A program made the translations under genes and the position numbers. Shown here piece by piece: positions 31,158 to 41,017 of a stretch of DNA of 64,000 bases (within the stretch, counting starts at the first letter, position 1; every line of letters begins with the position of its first letter). This stretch comes from a bacterium (GTDB lineage Bacteria; UBA8248), in NCBI GenBank assembly GCA_965219955.1, contig OZ244799.1, forward strand, positions 3,104,001 through 3,168,000, given 5' to 3'. The notes below the pieces were generated by a model, which made no database searches, was not told the DNA's origin, and saw only the letters and a program-made list of their open reading frames with translations.

Positions 31158-32033
31158 TCAATCCTCCACCCCGTAGCCGAGCAACCCTCGCCGCCGGATG
31201 GCCAGAATCAGCACGATGATCAGGTAAGGCAGCACCTGCGCCATGCGCGTCGTCAGGAAATAGGTGCCGACGCTCTCGACGATGCCGAAGATGTAGGCCC
31301 CCAGAAACGCGCCGGGCAGACTCCCGAGGCCGCCGATGACGACGATGGCGAAGGCCTTGGCAACGTAGATCAACCCCATTTGCGGATAAATCGTCCACAC
31401 CATCGCCACCATGGTCCCGCAGGCGCCCGCGAGCGCGATACCGAGGCTGAAGGTCACCGTCATGACCTGCTTGACGTTGATGCCGCAGGCTTGCGCCAGA
31501 CTCCGGTTCTGCGCGGTGGCGCGTATGGCCTCGCCGTATGCCGTGAACCGCAGGAGGGCGAAGAAAGCGGCGAGCAGGAGCAGCGCCAGCACGAAGGCGA
31601 CGAGATAGATCTTGCTGGTGGTGAGGAATCCGATCGTGACCGGCTCGCCCAGATAGTCGACCGAGCGAAAGGTCGGCGTGAAGACCACCTCCGCCGTGTT
31701 CCACAGGATCATGGAGATCCCGAAGGTCAGCATCATCGGCGGCATCAGCCCGCGGACGGCGACGACGTTGATCAGGAAATGCCCCAGCCCGAAGCCGATG
31801 GCGAAGAGCACCGCTATGGTGAGGGGCAGCGCCAGCAGCGGATTCATGCCGAGGAAAGCCCAGGCGCCGAAGGTGGTGAAGGCGCCGAGCATCACAAACT
31901 CGCCGTGGGCCGCGTTGACGACCCCGCAGACGCCGAAGATCAGGCTCAGACCGATGGCCACCAGTGCGTACATCGTCCCCAGGATGATCCCGAACGCGAT
32001 CAACTCGCCGAGGGCGCCGAGGGTTTCAAACAT
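31158..32033 (-). CDS. ABC permease (LivH-like)
   Basis: GLSLIFGV..VVNAAHGEF, VIGGLGSL.GA. Confidence 0.9.
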   Translation of the reverse strand: MFETLGALGELIAFGIILGTMYALVAIGLSLIFGVCGVVNAAHGEFVMLGAFTTFGAWAFLGMNPLLALPLTIAVLFAIGFGLGHFLINVVAVRGLMPPMMLTFGISMILWNTAEVVFTPTFRSVDYLGEPVTIGFLTTSKIYLVAFVLALLLLAAFFALLRFTAYGEAIRATAQNRSLAQACGINVKQVMTVTFSLGIALAGACGTMVAMVWTIYPQMGLIYVAKAFAIVVIGGLGSLPGAFLGAYIFGIVESVGTYFLTTRMAQVLPYLIIVLILAIRRRGLLGYGVED

Positions 32034-32113
32034 GCCGGGTTTCCCAAACGAAGGGTGGTGGCCGAAGCCGGCGACTCGGTGCAGCCGCCGGGAGCCCGCA
32101 TCGAAACGGACTA

Positions 32114-32403
32114 GGGGTTGTTGAAAAAATCCACAGAAGGAGCACGCTGGATTTCACTCCCCCCTTGAGGGTCTGGCTTCCCGAGGGGAAAGCCAGACGA
32201 AGAGCTAAGGGCGTAAGCCCGCAGGCGATTCGGTGGGGGGTGTAATTCGGAATGGCGATAAAACGCATTACACCCCCCACCGCATCAGCCTTCGCAAAAA
32301 CGCTCGGCTTCTGCGACTCCCCCTTAAGGGGGGAGTGATTTTTCTCTCTCGTCGGTCAGTTACATACGGCAAATCCAGTGTTCCAGGCTTTTTCAACAGA
32401 CCC
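32114..32403. mobile_element. MITE-like element with GGGGTTGTTGAAAAA...TTTTTCAACAGACCC terminal inverted repeats and internal palindromes
   Basis: TIR pair 32114-32132 / 32386-32403; internal cactcccccttgaggg, ggtggggggt..accccccacc, ctcccccttaaggggggagtga. Confidence 0.65.
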
Positions 32404-32445
32404 AACTCCCGGCGGTATGCAACGGTTCCGACGTGGCGCTTTCGC

Positions 32446-33732
32446 TTACATGGACTCCCACTTGAACGGGTGCTTGAACTTGGCGGAGGCGATCTTGCTC
32501 GGGTAGATCACCTCCGGCACCACCTTGCCGTTCTTGATCTGGTTCTGCAAAGCGAGCCGCGTGCCGCCGACCTGCAGTCCGGAGTCGGGATGACCCAGCG
32601 GGTTCACCCGGAAGCGTCCGAACACGGTGGCGCGATCGAGCGAGAACATGGCGTCGCGGATCGCCGAGCGATTCTCCACCGAGCCGGCCCGTTTGACCGC
32701 CTCCTCGAGAATCTGACAGCCGCCGTATCCGGCCGCCGCGAGCCAGTCGGGCGCCTTGTTGTACTCCTTGGCAAAGGAGTCGACGAACTTCTTGTTGCCG
32801 GGCCAGTCGGCCGTCGGGAGCCATTCGGTGTCGCTGCAATGCCAGGCCGCGTTCTTCCCGAGCGCCTGGTTGAAGTCCACGTGACCGAGAGCGGACATGT
32901 ACCAGATCGCCTTGGGCGCCCATTTCAGCGAAAGGGCGGCCTTGGCAATCAGGATGGAGTCGGCCGAGTAGCCGCCGCCGCAGAGCACCTCGGCGCCGGC
33001 GTCCCGGGCCTTGCGGACCAGCGGCACCATGTCCTGAATCCCGATGGGATAGGCCTCGTCGAGAACGAGGTCGAGACCCGCGGCCTTGATCCGCTTGCGC
33101 ACGCCCTCCGCCGCGGCGATCGGCATCGCATCGTCGATGTGCAGCAGGGCGACCTTCTTCATCCCGGCGTTCTTGCACATCACTTCCATGCCGGCGAAGC
33201 GGTCGCGGCTCGGGACCATGAGCTGCACCTGCCAGTCGAGCTTCTGGCCCAGCCATATCTTCTGGCTGGAGGCGGTGGCGCTGACGGTAGGAATCTTCGC
33301 CGCGGCGACGATGGGCCGCACCGCCAGGTTGATGGAGCTGGCGTAGGGGCCGAGCAGCAGGTCGACCTTCTGGTTGTGGATGAGATGAAGCATGAGCCGC
33401 GCGCCCTGGGTGGGGTCGCTCGTATCGTCGAGAACGGTCAGCTCGACCTTGCGCCCGTTGATGAGCCCGGGCTCGCTGTGCGGGAGTTTCTCGTTGCCGT
33501 AGCTGTAGCCCTTCTCGTTGATGTGCTTGGCCCAAAGCTTGTAGCCTTCGACACAGTACAGCGCCTCGCGGGAATACCGCCCGGTGAGCGGCATCGGGCA
33601 GCCGATCTTGATGGGCTTCGCGGCGCGGGCCGATGTCAGGATTCCCGGCGCCGCCAGGGTACCCAGGCCGGCCAAAGAACCAGCGGTCGAATACTTCAGG
33701 AACTCGCGTCTCGTGATCGTGCTCTTGGACAT
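32446..33732 (-). CDS. Liv-family ABC substrate-binding protein with Tat signal
   Basis: MSKSTITRREFLK twin-arginine signal after ggagga RBS; IKIG..MPLTG, LLGPYAS. Confidence 0.9.
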   Translation of the reverse strand: MSKSTITRREFLKYSTAGSLAGLGTLAAPGILTSARAAKPIKIGCPMPLTGRYSREALYCVEGYKLWAKHINEKGYSYGNEKLPHSEPGLINGRKVELTVLDDTSDPTQGARLMLHLIHNQKVDLLLGPYASSINLAVRPIVAAAKIPTVSATASSQKIWLGQKLDWQVQLMVPSRDRFAGMEVMCKNAGMKKVALLHIDDAMPIAAAEGVRKRIKAAGLDLVLDEAYPIGIQDMVPLVRKARDAGAEVLCGGGYSADSILIAKAALSLKWAPKAIWYMSALGHVDFNQALGKNAAWHCSDTEWLPTADWPGNKKFVDSFAKEYNKAPDWLAAAGYGGCQILEEAVKRAGSVENRSAIRDAMFSLDRATVFGRFRVNPLGHPDSGLQVGGTRLALQNQIKNGKVVPEVIYPSKIASAKFKHPFKWESM

Positions 33733-33942
33733 TTCTGTTCCTCCCTGATGGGTGCGATTGGACCGTTGCGCTTTGCGGGCCATCACCGACGGACGTTCGA
33801 ACGAGCGGCATCGCGAGCGGACGATCTCTCACGCCGCAATTCAAACGCCGAGCGGTTCGTTACGCCCCGCACGATGGATTATAAAGCCGGTATGGATACC
33901 CCATGCTACCACCGGGACCCCTCCGAAGCAAACAAAAGCTCA

Positions 33943-34324
33943 GGGGGTTGTTGAAAAAGCCTCCCTCGCTCGGAATTGGCCACTGTCGTCATTCCGGTAA
34001 TCAATGCCGACCGGGGAGGGATTGACACGATGGTTTTGTAGGGACAGGCCTCCGTGCCTGTCCTCACGAAGGACAACCACGAAAGGCAGGACAGGCACGG
34101 AGGCTTGTCCCTACGGCGAACAATCTCGAAGGTCGGATAGGACTTTTCAACAGCCCCGATGAATGAGCGTTTGCTCCCGCCCGGCGCGAGGCGTTCGATT
34201 CCCCTCGCCCTTCGATACAAACGCTCCTTTCTCAGTCGCGTTTTACTTTTGGCGGCTACTCAGGGTGAGGAAAGAGGTGTTGGCGGTTTGCAGGGGTCGC
34301 AGACGAGGCTTTTTCAACAGTCCC
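33943..34324. mobile_element. MITE-like/REP composite: GGGGGTTGTTGAAAAA left end, GTAG REP doublet, two TTTTCAACAG right ends
   Basis: Left end 33943; REPs 34038-34063 and 34089-34114; right ends 34140-34157 and 34307-34324. Confidence 0.65.
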
Positions 34325-34521
34325 GGCGCATGCGAATTTCCCAATCTTGCGCTTCATCGGCGAATTAGGTAACATTTTTCCACATCATTTCTTCTTTATA
34401 CCTGAAACAAATTCGAATATCTGAGAGCGGAGTTCCGCGTTCAGCACGTCTCCGTATGGGGGTGAGTGCGTATTTGTGGGTTTTCACTCACCAAAACGTA
34501 GTCAACAGGAGGACTTGCGAT

Positions 34522-35562
34522 ATGAGGTGCGCGTGGAAACGAATCAATATCATCATGCTCGTTGCGGTTGTGACGGTCTGGACCGTTGGCGCAGGCGTCT
34601 CGGAAGCGGCCAGGCACAAACTCGTCGTGGGTTCGGGCGGCGGCAACATCGGGGCGCCCATCCACGTCGCCAAGGTGAAGGGGTACTTCACGCAAGAAGA
34701 CCTTGCGATCGAACACAAGATATTCTCCTCCGGCGCGGCCATGGTCGAGGCGCTCGCGGCGGGCGGCGTCGAGCTGGGCCACTCGGGGGATCTGCCGTTC
34801 GTCTCGCTGGCCGCCGCCAACGTGCCCGCATGCATCATCGCCCAGAACGGTCAGGACAAGGACTACCTCGAGATTTTCGTCGGCAAAGACCTGGGGATGA
34901 CGAAACCCACCGACTTCTACGGGAAAAAAGTCGGGTTGCGGTTTGCATCCGCGGCCCACATTCTGTGGATCAATTTTCTGCAAAAATACAACCTGGACGC
35001 CAAAAAGATACGGGTGGTGAACCTGACGCCGAACGATCTCATCGCCGCCTACAAGAACAAGGACGTGGACGGCGGGGTGGTCTGGTATCCGCACCTGACG
35101 ACCGCGGAGCAGGTCCGCCCGACGCATTTCGCGCATTCCCAGTTGCTCAACAAGTTCGGCAAAATGGCGAAGCCCGCCAACATCCACCTTTCCTTCACCC
35201 TCATCAGCGCGCGGAAAGTGGCGCTCAAGAACAAGCCGGACGCCATGAAGGCGTATATGCGGGCGATGCTGAAGTCCTACCGGTTCATGAACGATTCGGG
35301 AAATCGCGCGGAGTTTCTGAAAATCCTGGGCAAGGCGTACAAGATGTCCGCTCCCGCGATGAAACCCATTCTTGACAACACTTTCTACAGGCTTGAGATT
35401 ACGGATGAAATGGTGAACGCCGAGCAGGCGGTGGCCAATAACATGAAAAGGGTCGGCAGGAAGCTCAAAAGAACGCCGAACATGAGAGAATTCGTCTATA
35501 CGGATCTCCTGAAGTCGGTCGCGAAGGATCTGGCGAAGACCGAAGGGGCCTGCAAGCTTTAG
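34522..35562 (+). CDS. Nitrate/sulfonate/taurine-type ABC substrate-binding protein
   Basis: Signal peptide; KGYF..E.L, FSSG..MVEALAAG, GKKVG, VDGGVVWYP; RBS aggagg. Confidence 0.85.
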   Translation: MRCAWKRINIIMLVAVVTVWTVGAGVSEAARHKLVVGSGGGNIGAPIHVAKVKGYFTQEDLAIEHKIFSSGAAMVEALAAGGVELGHSGDLPFVSLAAANVPACIIAQNGQDKDYLEIFVGKDLGMTKPTDFYGKKVGLRFASAAHILWINFLQKYNLDAKKIRVVNLTPNDLIAAYKNKDVDGGVVWYPHLTTAEQVRPTHFAHSQLLNKFGKMAKPANIHLSFTLISARKVALKNKPDAMKAYMRAMLKSYRFMNDSGNRAEFLKILGKAYKMSAPAMKPILDNTFYRLEITDEMVNAEQAVANNMKRVGRKLKRTPNMREFVYTDLLKSVAKDLAKTEGACKL

Positions 35563-35614
35563 GGGGACAGTCTCACTTTACCGGTTTGGGGTGTCTGTAT
35601 CGTGAACTTCCGAT

Positions 35615-36427
35615 ATGACGGTTAATCTTCAGGTAAATCGGGTCTCGAAAGAATTCGTCGACCGGCGCGCCAAGTCTAAGGTGCGGGCGCTGGACGAAAT
35701 AAACCTCGAGGTCCAAAAAGGCGAAGTCATCTGCATCCTCGGTCCCAGCGGATGCGGAAAATCCACCCTCCTGAACATCGTCGCGGGATTCCTCCCCCCC
35801 TCGGGGGGGGAGGTCCGCGTCGACGGGCGTCCGGTGGTCGAGCCGGGACCCGACCGGGGTTTCGTCTTCCAGGAATTCGCCCTTTTCCCCTGGCGGACGG
35901 TGCTCGAAAATATCGAATTCGGTCCTGTCCTGAAGGGGATGGAAAAGGCCGACAGGCACGCCCGCGCGCGGGAGCTCATCCAGCGCATCCACCTTACGGG
36001 ATTCGAGGACAAATACCCTTTCGAGCTTTCGGGCGGAATGAAGCAGCGCGTCGGGATCGCCCGGGCGCTGGCGAACGACCCCGAAGTGTTGCTGATGGAC
36101 GAACCTTTTGGCGCACTGGACGCCCAGACGCGCCGGGTGATGCAGGAAGAGCTCCTGAAGCTTCTCGGTGAAACGGAGAAAACCGTCCTCTTCGTGACCC
36201 ACGCCATCGACGAGGCCATCGTTCTGGCCGACCGGGTGCTGATCATGACGGCCCGCCCGGGCCAGGTGAAGGCTCTTCTCGGCGTCGACCTCCCCCGTCC
36301 CCGGGAGAGGACTTCTCCCGAATTCAACGAACTCTACCGGACGATGGACGACCTCATCCGGGTCGAGGTGGAGAAGGCGTCGGAAGTGCAGGATTCGGAT
36401 TCCGCGGCTTCGGGAGAGGACGCATGA
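35615..36427 (+). CDS. Nitrate/sulfonate-type ABC ATP-binding protein
   Basis: GPSGCGKST, VFQE.ALFPW, LSGGMKQR, MDEPFGALD. Confidence 0.92.
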   Translation: MTVNLQVNRVSKEFVDRRAKSKVRALDEINLEVQKGEVICILGPSGCGKSTLLNIVAGFLPPSGGEVRVDGRPVVEPGPDRGFVFQEFALFPWRTVLENIEFGPVLKGMEKADRHARARELIQRIHLTGFEDKYPFELSGGMKQRVGIARALANDPEVLLMDEPFGALDAQTRRVMQEELLKLLGETEKTVLFVTHAIDEAIVLADRVLIMTARPGQVKALLGVDLPRPRERTSPEFNELYRTMDDLIRVEVEKASEVQDSDSAASGEDA

Positions 36428-37194
36428 ACAGAAAAATGGCGACGCGCGCCGCCTCCATCGGCGGATTGGTTACCCTCTGGTTCGTGGTCACGCATTACAA
36501 GCTGGTCAATCCGCTCTTCCTGCCGCCGCCCAGGGAAGTCTGGGAGGGAGCGGTCGATCTTTTCCAGGCGGGTGAGTTGCGGGAGCACATTACCGCCAGC
36601 CTCTGGCGGATGTTCATGGGTTTCGTCGTCGGTTCCTTTACCGGCGTGGTCATCGGAATCCTGATGGGCCAGTTCCGCCTCTTCCACGCGGCCGTGGGGC
36701 CACTGGTCGAAATCATCCGGCCCATTCCCGGCCTGGCCTGGATCCCGGTGGCCCTTATCTGGTTCGGCATCGAAGACGCCTCCAAGGTATTCATCATATC
36801 CATGGGCGTGTTCCTCGCCGTCGTCACCAATACCTTCGTGGGGGTCCGCTCGCTGGACCCCGTTCTGGTGCGCGCCGCGCGCAGCCTGGGGGCCAACCGC
36901 CGGGACGTTTTCTTCCGCGTGGTTCTTCCCGGAACCCTCCCTCACATCTTCACCGGTTTCCGGCTGGGCGTTCAGGTCTCCTTCGCCCTGCTGGTTGCGG
37001 CGGAGCTGGTGGGTTCCACGTCGGGCCTTGGGTTCCTGATCCAGGACGCCCGGAATTATTTCCGCGGGGATCTGGTCATCCTGGGCATGGCCGTCATCGG
37101 CGCCCTGGGATTCAGCATCACGCGCCTCGTGGAAATCGCGGAGAGGTGGTTTCTCCACTGGCATTCCACGAGCCGGGAAGGCGCTTTCTACTAG
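36424..37194 (+). CDS. Nitrate/sulfonate-type ABC permease
   Basis: RPIP..AWIP, AARSLGA, LVAAEL. Confidence 0.9.
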   Translation: MNRKMATRAASIGGLVTLWFVVTHYKLVNPLFLPPPREVWEGAVDLFQAGELREHITASLWRMFMGFVVGSFTGVVIGILMGQFRLFHAAVGPLVEIIRPIPGLAWIPVALIWFGIEDASKVFIISMGVFLAVVTNTFVGVRSLDPVLVRAARSLGANRRDVFFRVVLPGTLPHIFTGFRLGVQVSFALLVAAELVGSTSGLGFLIQDARNYFRGDLVILGMAVIGALGFSITRLVEIAERWFLHWHSTSREGAFY

Positions 37195-37202
37195 GAGAGA
37201 CC

Positions 37203-37976
37203 TTGCAAACGCAATCCGTGTCGGGCCGCTTTGGAATATCCGCCGTCTCGGTGGCGGGGTTCGTCGTCCTCTGGCAGCTCTCCGTCACCCTCGGGCTGGT
37301 GGACCCGCTCATCCTGCCCTCCCCCTGGATGGCCATCCAGTCCGGGATCAGGCGCGCCGAGGGAGGTGAGCTCCTTCACCACATCATCGCCTCGGTGCTT
37401 CGCATCACCGAGGGGTTCTTCCTGGGCTCCGCCCTGGGCGTCGTGATCGGCTTGCTCATGGGGCAGGTCCGAATCATCGGCGATGCGCTCGAGCCGATCG
37501 TGGACATATTCCGGCAGATACCCGAGGTCGCGTGGATTCCCCTCGCCATCCTGATGTTCCAGATGGGGGAGGGCTCCAAGGTATTCATCATCACCTACGG
37601 CGCACTGTTTCCCGCCATCATCTGCACCTTCGACGGCGTCAGGATGACCGAGCCCGCCATCATCCGCGCGGCGCGCTCGCTGGGCGCGAGCCGGAGCCAG
37701 CTTTTCTGGCGGGTCACCCTGCCCGCCACCCTGCCCCACATCATGACCGGGCTGTGGATCGGACTCGGCTATGCTTTCCGCGGGCTCATCGCGGCCGAGT
37801 TGGCGGGGGCGCAGGAGGGAATCGGGTTCATGATCATGCTGGCGCGCGAAGACAACCTGACCGCGGACGCTTTCATGGGCATGGCGCTCATCGGGGTGAT
37901 TGGCTTTTGCGCCATCTACGGCCTGGGCGCGGTCCGCAACCACGTTCTCCGCTGGCACGAGAGCACGCAGGAATAA
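37203..37976 (+). CDS. Nitrate/sulfonate-type ABC permease (second)
   Basis: IPEVAWIP, AARSLGA, LIAAEL; TTG after aggag (start uncertain). Confidence 0.88.
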   Translation: MQTQSVSGRFGISAVSVAGFVVLWQLSVTLGLVDPLILPSPWMAIQSGIRRAEGGELLHHIIASVLRITEGFFLGSALGVVIGLLMGQVRIIGDALEPIVDIFRQIPEVAWIPLAILMFQMGEGSKVFIITYGALFPAIICTFDGVRMTEPAIIRAARSLGASRSQLFWRVTLPATLPHIMTGLWIGLGYAFRGLIAAELAGAQEGIGFMIMLAREDNLTADAFMGMALIGVIGFCAIYGLGAVRNHVLRWHESTQE

Positions 37977-38086
37977 GGTTTTTCATCCGGGCGCAGCGGC
38001 AGGACCCGCCGGGAGAAAGGCGCGCGCAATAAGCCCCGCTCAGGAGCGAGAGAAAGAGGTACGGCCGTCCGGATTGTGCGTGATTG

Positions 38087-38381
38087 CTAGATGAACCCGG
38101 CGACGGTGCCTTTCGCCGCGTCCAGGAAGCTGCCCGGGAAGATGCCCAGCAGAAGCGTCCCCACCACCAGCACCACCATCGCGAAGAAGAGCGAGGGCGC
38201 GCTCGAGAGGCTCATCACCTCCTGGGTCTCGCCCCGGTTCTCCATGTACAACACCATGATGATGCGCCCGTAGTAGTACATCGAGACCGCGCTCATCACG
38301 AGCCCGATGGCGGCGAGCCAGTAGTACTCGTTCTGCACCGCCGCGGCGAACAGGTAGAGTTTGCCCACGAAGCCGGCTGTC
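38087..38381 (-). pseudogene. nuoN: Duplicated 3' fragment of nuoN (last ~97 codons)
   Basis: TAGFVGKLYLFAAAVQNEYYW...KGTVAGFI* identical in protein to the end of 42554-44056; no 5' part. Confidence 0.9.
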
Positions 38382-38763
38382 ACTTCACAAACGTCTGGCT
38401 CGTCCGTCTTGACACCCAATCGCCCGGATGCCACGGTGCTCATGCGACACGTAAACACGGGTTTGGGAATGTGCAAGGGCTCCCTATAATTCGGGGTCCG
38501 TCCTGTTCGGACAAACTCCCTCCATTCCAAATACCGGCTCATACGGTGACGGTGCGAATTATGACCGAGAGTTATCTCTGGTATTTGCATCCTTGGTAGG
38601 ACTGCATTTTCTCGTTTGCATGTTCGCCGTGGTCGTGGGCCTCGTCTGTTGGATGTTGAAAAAGCAGAAGAATCCCCTCTCTGCCATTCAGGCCCAAACT
38701 GGCCAGATCGGAACTTTATGGAAGCTGCGGTTCTGAGTACCTAATATTCGAGGAAAAAACTTA

Positions 38764-39384
38764 ATGAGTGAGAATGATACATTCGGAGAAATCCTAAATC
38801 AGGAAATCCGGTGGCCCCTCCCGGGCGATGATCCGTTCGCGCCATCTTACGGATTGACAAGCGTCACCATTCCCGAAAATGAGCTCCCGCGCTTTTACAT
38901 GATGTTGATAGGTTACGAAGAAGCGGCAAATCATCTTGTCGATATAGCCCTTGAGAACAGGCACAGGAGAGAAGCTCTTATTTTCCCGATTTTGTTCCTG
39001 TATAGGCATTATATCGAGCTTCAACTCAAATATTTCATCAGCACCTATGGCCGTCACGCTGGAATTGAGCCCGTGTGGAAAACACATGATCTGACTATTC
39101 TGTGGCGTCGGTTCAAAGAGATTCTCGATGAGTTTGTGGGGGAGGATCAGGACCCAGACGATGCGGATACGACTGTCGAAAATATCGTTGCGCAATTCGC
39201 CAAAATGGATCCGCGCTCATTTTCCTACCGCTACCCTTGCGACAAAAAAGGACGTCCCGTGCCGATTGCCTATAACAATTTAGATCTGGAAACCCTCAAA
39301 GATGTAATGGGTGGCTTATCCGCTTATTTTGGCGGTTGTGAGGGCTATTTTGATAATTTGGTTTCAGCAGAACCACACCCTTAA
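38764..39384 (+). CDS. Hypothetical protein with HEPN-like motif pattern
   Basis: LYRHYIELQLK ... KTHDL..LW ... SYRYP spacing resembles HEPN ExxLK/THDL/RYP. Confidence 0.55.
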   Translation: MSENDTFGEILNQEIRWPLPGDDPFAPSYGLTSVTIPENELPRFYMMLIGYEEAANHLVDIALENRHRREALIFPILFLYRHYIELQLKYFISTYGRHAGIEPVWKTHDLTILWRRFKEILDEFVGEDQDPDDADTTVENIVAQFAKMDPRSFSYRYPCDKKGRPVPIAYNNLDLETLKDVMGGLSAYFGGCEGYFDNLVSAEPHP

Positions 39385-39642
39385 TAATCGCCACAACTCT
39401 CAGTTGGAGAACAAGGCAATGGCAGACATGTATCAGGGAATTCTTATGAAATTAACATATATGGACATCATTGCATTATCGTATGAGCCAAACATCTGCA
39501 TGTGGTACTGAAAGTCGGGCCGCCTGCTGAATACAAAACCGCTCCCAGCGGGAATAGGCAGGGTCTCACCCAAAACGTGCAGATGTTTGGCGACCGACCC
39601 GGCCTTACAGGAAGGTCAGGGCAACTCTAAGGAGAAGTCGTC

Positions 39643-41016
39643 ATGTTCGCCAAACGCATTACAGCGGTTCTTTCCCTGTTGGTTTTCGCGTTCGGTTGTG
39701 GCGGCGGTTCGATGAAAAACGAACTGCCGGTTCAGAATTACTCAAGGCCAGCTTACCGGAACCCGAATTACCATCCCTATTTAACGCCATCCCATGTTTA
39801 CTGGTGGGAGAACACAATATATGTGGGCGGCGACGTTGAGCCTCGCGAGAAGTTGCGTCGTGTCGGGACTTTTGACGGGATCAATGTTTCTTTAGGAGCC
39901 TCGCGTGATGGCGTCGGGGTAGACCGACTGAGAAAATACGATCGCGATTTGAGAACCGATTCACGTAATGGATTCTATCCATTCAGGGCGCCTCCAAAGA
40001 TTTGGCTTGAAGATGATTTTTACAGACTTCTCAGGGCAAATAATGGAAAAGCGGAAGGTCTTCTGCAAGCATTGTTCGGGAGCGTTCAGATTCTCAACGA
40101 TGCCCTTCCACCTGAATTTCAAATCGACTTCACTTCTGAAGATTCACACCAGGTAGAGGGAACAATCGCTATCGCATTTCGTTCCCCTGGAAGTATTGCG
40201 GATATTTGTGGTATCGCTGGTGCTGTCGCATGCGCATCATCGGATATTTCAAATTTGAGCAATAAGACGAATACAGCCGTTATCTATCTTCCCGACAACC
40301 TGGACACATCGAAAACACAAACAACCCAAACGATTATACTTCATGAACTTTTACACGCTCTTGGCATTCAGGGTCATTTGGACAGCATCGAATTTCCTGA
40401 TTCACTTATGGGCGCATACGGCGATTTTTTCCCGAACCCAGGGTTCGTGTTACACCGCATTGATCGAGAGATTTTACAAATTATGTACATGTCCCAACGG
40501 ACAGACGATTACAATGATTGGGGAGAGTGGAGCGATACGACCCTGCACCTGGTCGGGGAGTCTGTCGATGGGCACGTGAACTTCGGGGTGGCGCTGTTCA
40601 ACGGATTGCCTCAACCTTGGGCGCGTGGCGTGGCGCCTCGAAGTATACTGAGTTCCGAAGTAAAACCATCTTACTTGATCGGGTCCGTTTCGTGGAAAGG
40701 CTCCTTGTTGGGGTTCTCGGGAATATCTCCGGTTTACGGAGAAACTACGCTCACTGTTGATATGGATAACCTTGATGACGAACAAAACCTGAGTTTCAGG
40801 AACCTGTTCTTCCTGAGTCGGTTCGAGGAAAGCGGAGCCGAAAGATGGTTCCCTACTCGAAACATAAGCTACAAGGTGAAGATGGCACAGCAAGGATTTT
40901 ATCGTTCCGAAGATGACGGCCAGATTACAGGCGTCTTCCTCGGCCCAAAACATGAGGGCATGGCAGGGACCATCAAGCGCACAGATCTGGTCGGCGCGTT
41001 TGGGGGGAAACGATAA
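39643..41016 (+). CDS. Lipoprotein with metzincin-like zinc protease motif and TbpB-like C-terminal barrel
   Basis: Lipobox FAFGC; HELLHALGIQGH then SLM; C-terminal GVFLGPKHEGMAG..LVGAFGGKR. Confidence 0.7.
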   Translation: MFAKRITAVLSLLVFAFGCGGGSMKNELPVQNYSRPAYRNPNYHPYLTPSHVYWWENTIYVGGDVEPREKLRRVGTFDGINVSLGASRDGVGVDRLRKYDRDLRTDSRNGFYPFRAPPKIWLEDDFYRLLRANNGKAEGLLQALFGSVQILNDALPPEFQIDFTSEDSHQVEGTIAIAFRSPGSIADICGIAGAVACASSDISNLSNKTNTAVIYLPDNLDTSKTQTTQTIILHELLHALGIQGHLDSIEFPDSLMGAYGDFFPNPGFVLHRIDREILQIMYMSQRTDDYNDWGEWSDTTLHLVGESVDGHVNFGVALFNGLPQPWARGVAPRSILSSEVKPSYLIGSVSWKGSLLGFSGISPVYGETTLTVDMDNLDDEQNLSFRNLFFLSRFEESGAERWFPTRNISYKVKMAQQGFYRSEDDGQITGVFLGPKHEGMAGTIKRTDLVGAFGGKR

Positions 41017-41017
41017 A

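Noticed and set aside
38087-38590. 167-aa ORF as a real nuoN-fusion protein
   Set aside because: The N-terminal ~70 aa look like chance read-through of island DNA into the duplicated nuoN tail; no family signal.
38594-38736. ~47-codon hydrophobic ORF (..HFLVCMFAVVVGLVCWMLKK..) before the HEPN-like gene
   Set aside because: TTG start, no clear RBS and too short to support without homologues.
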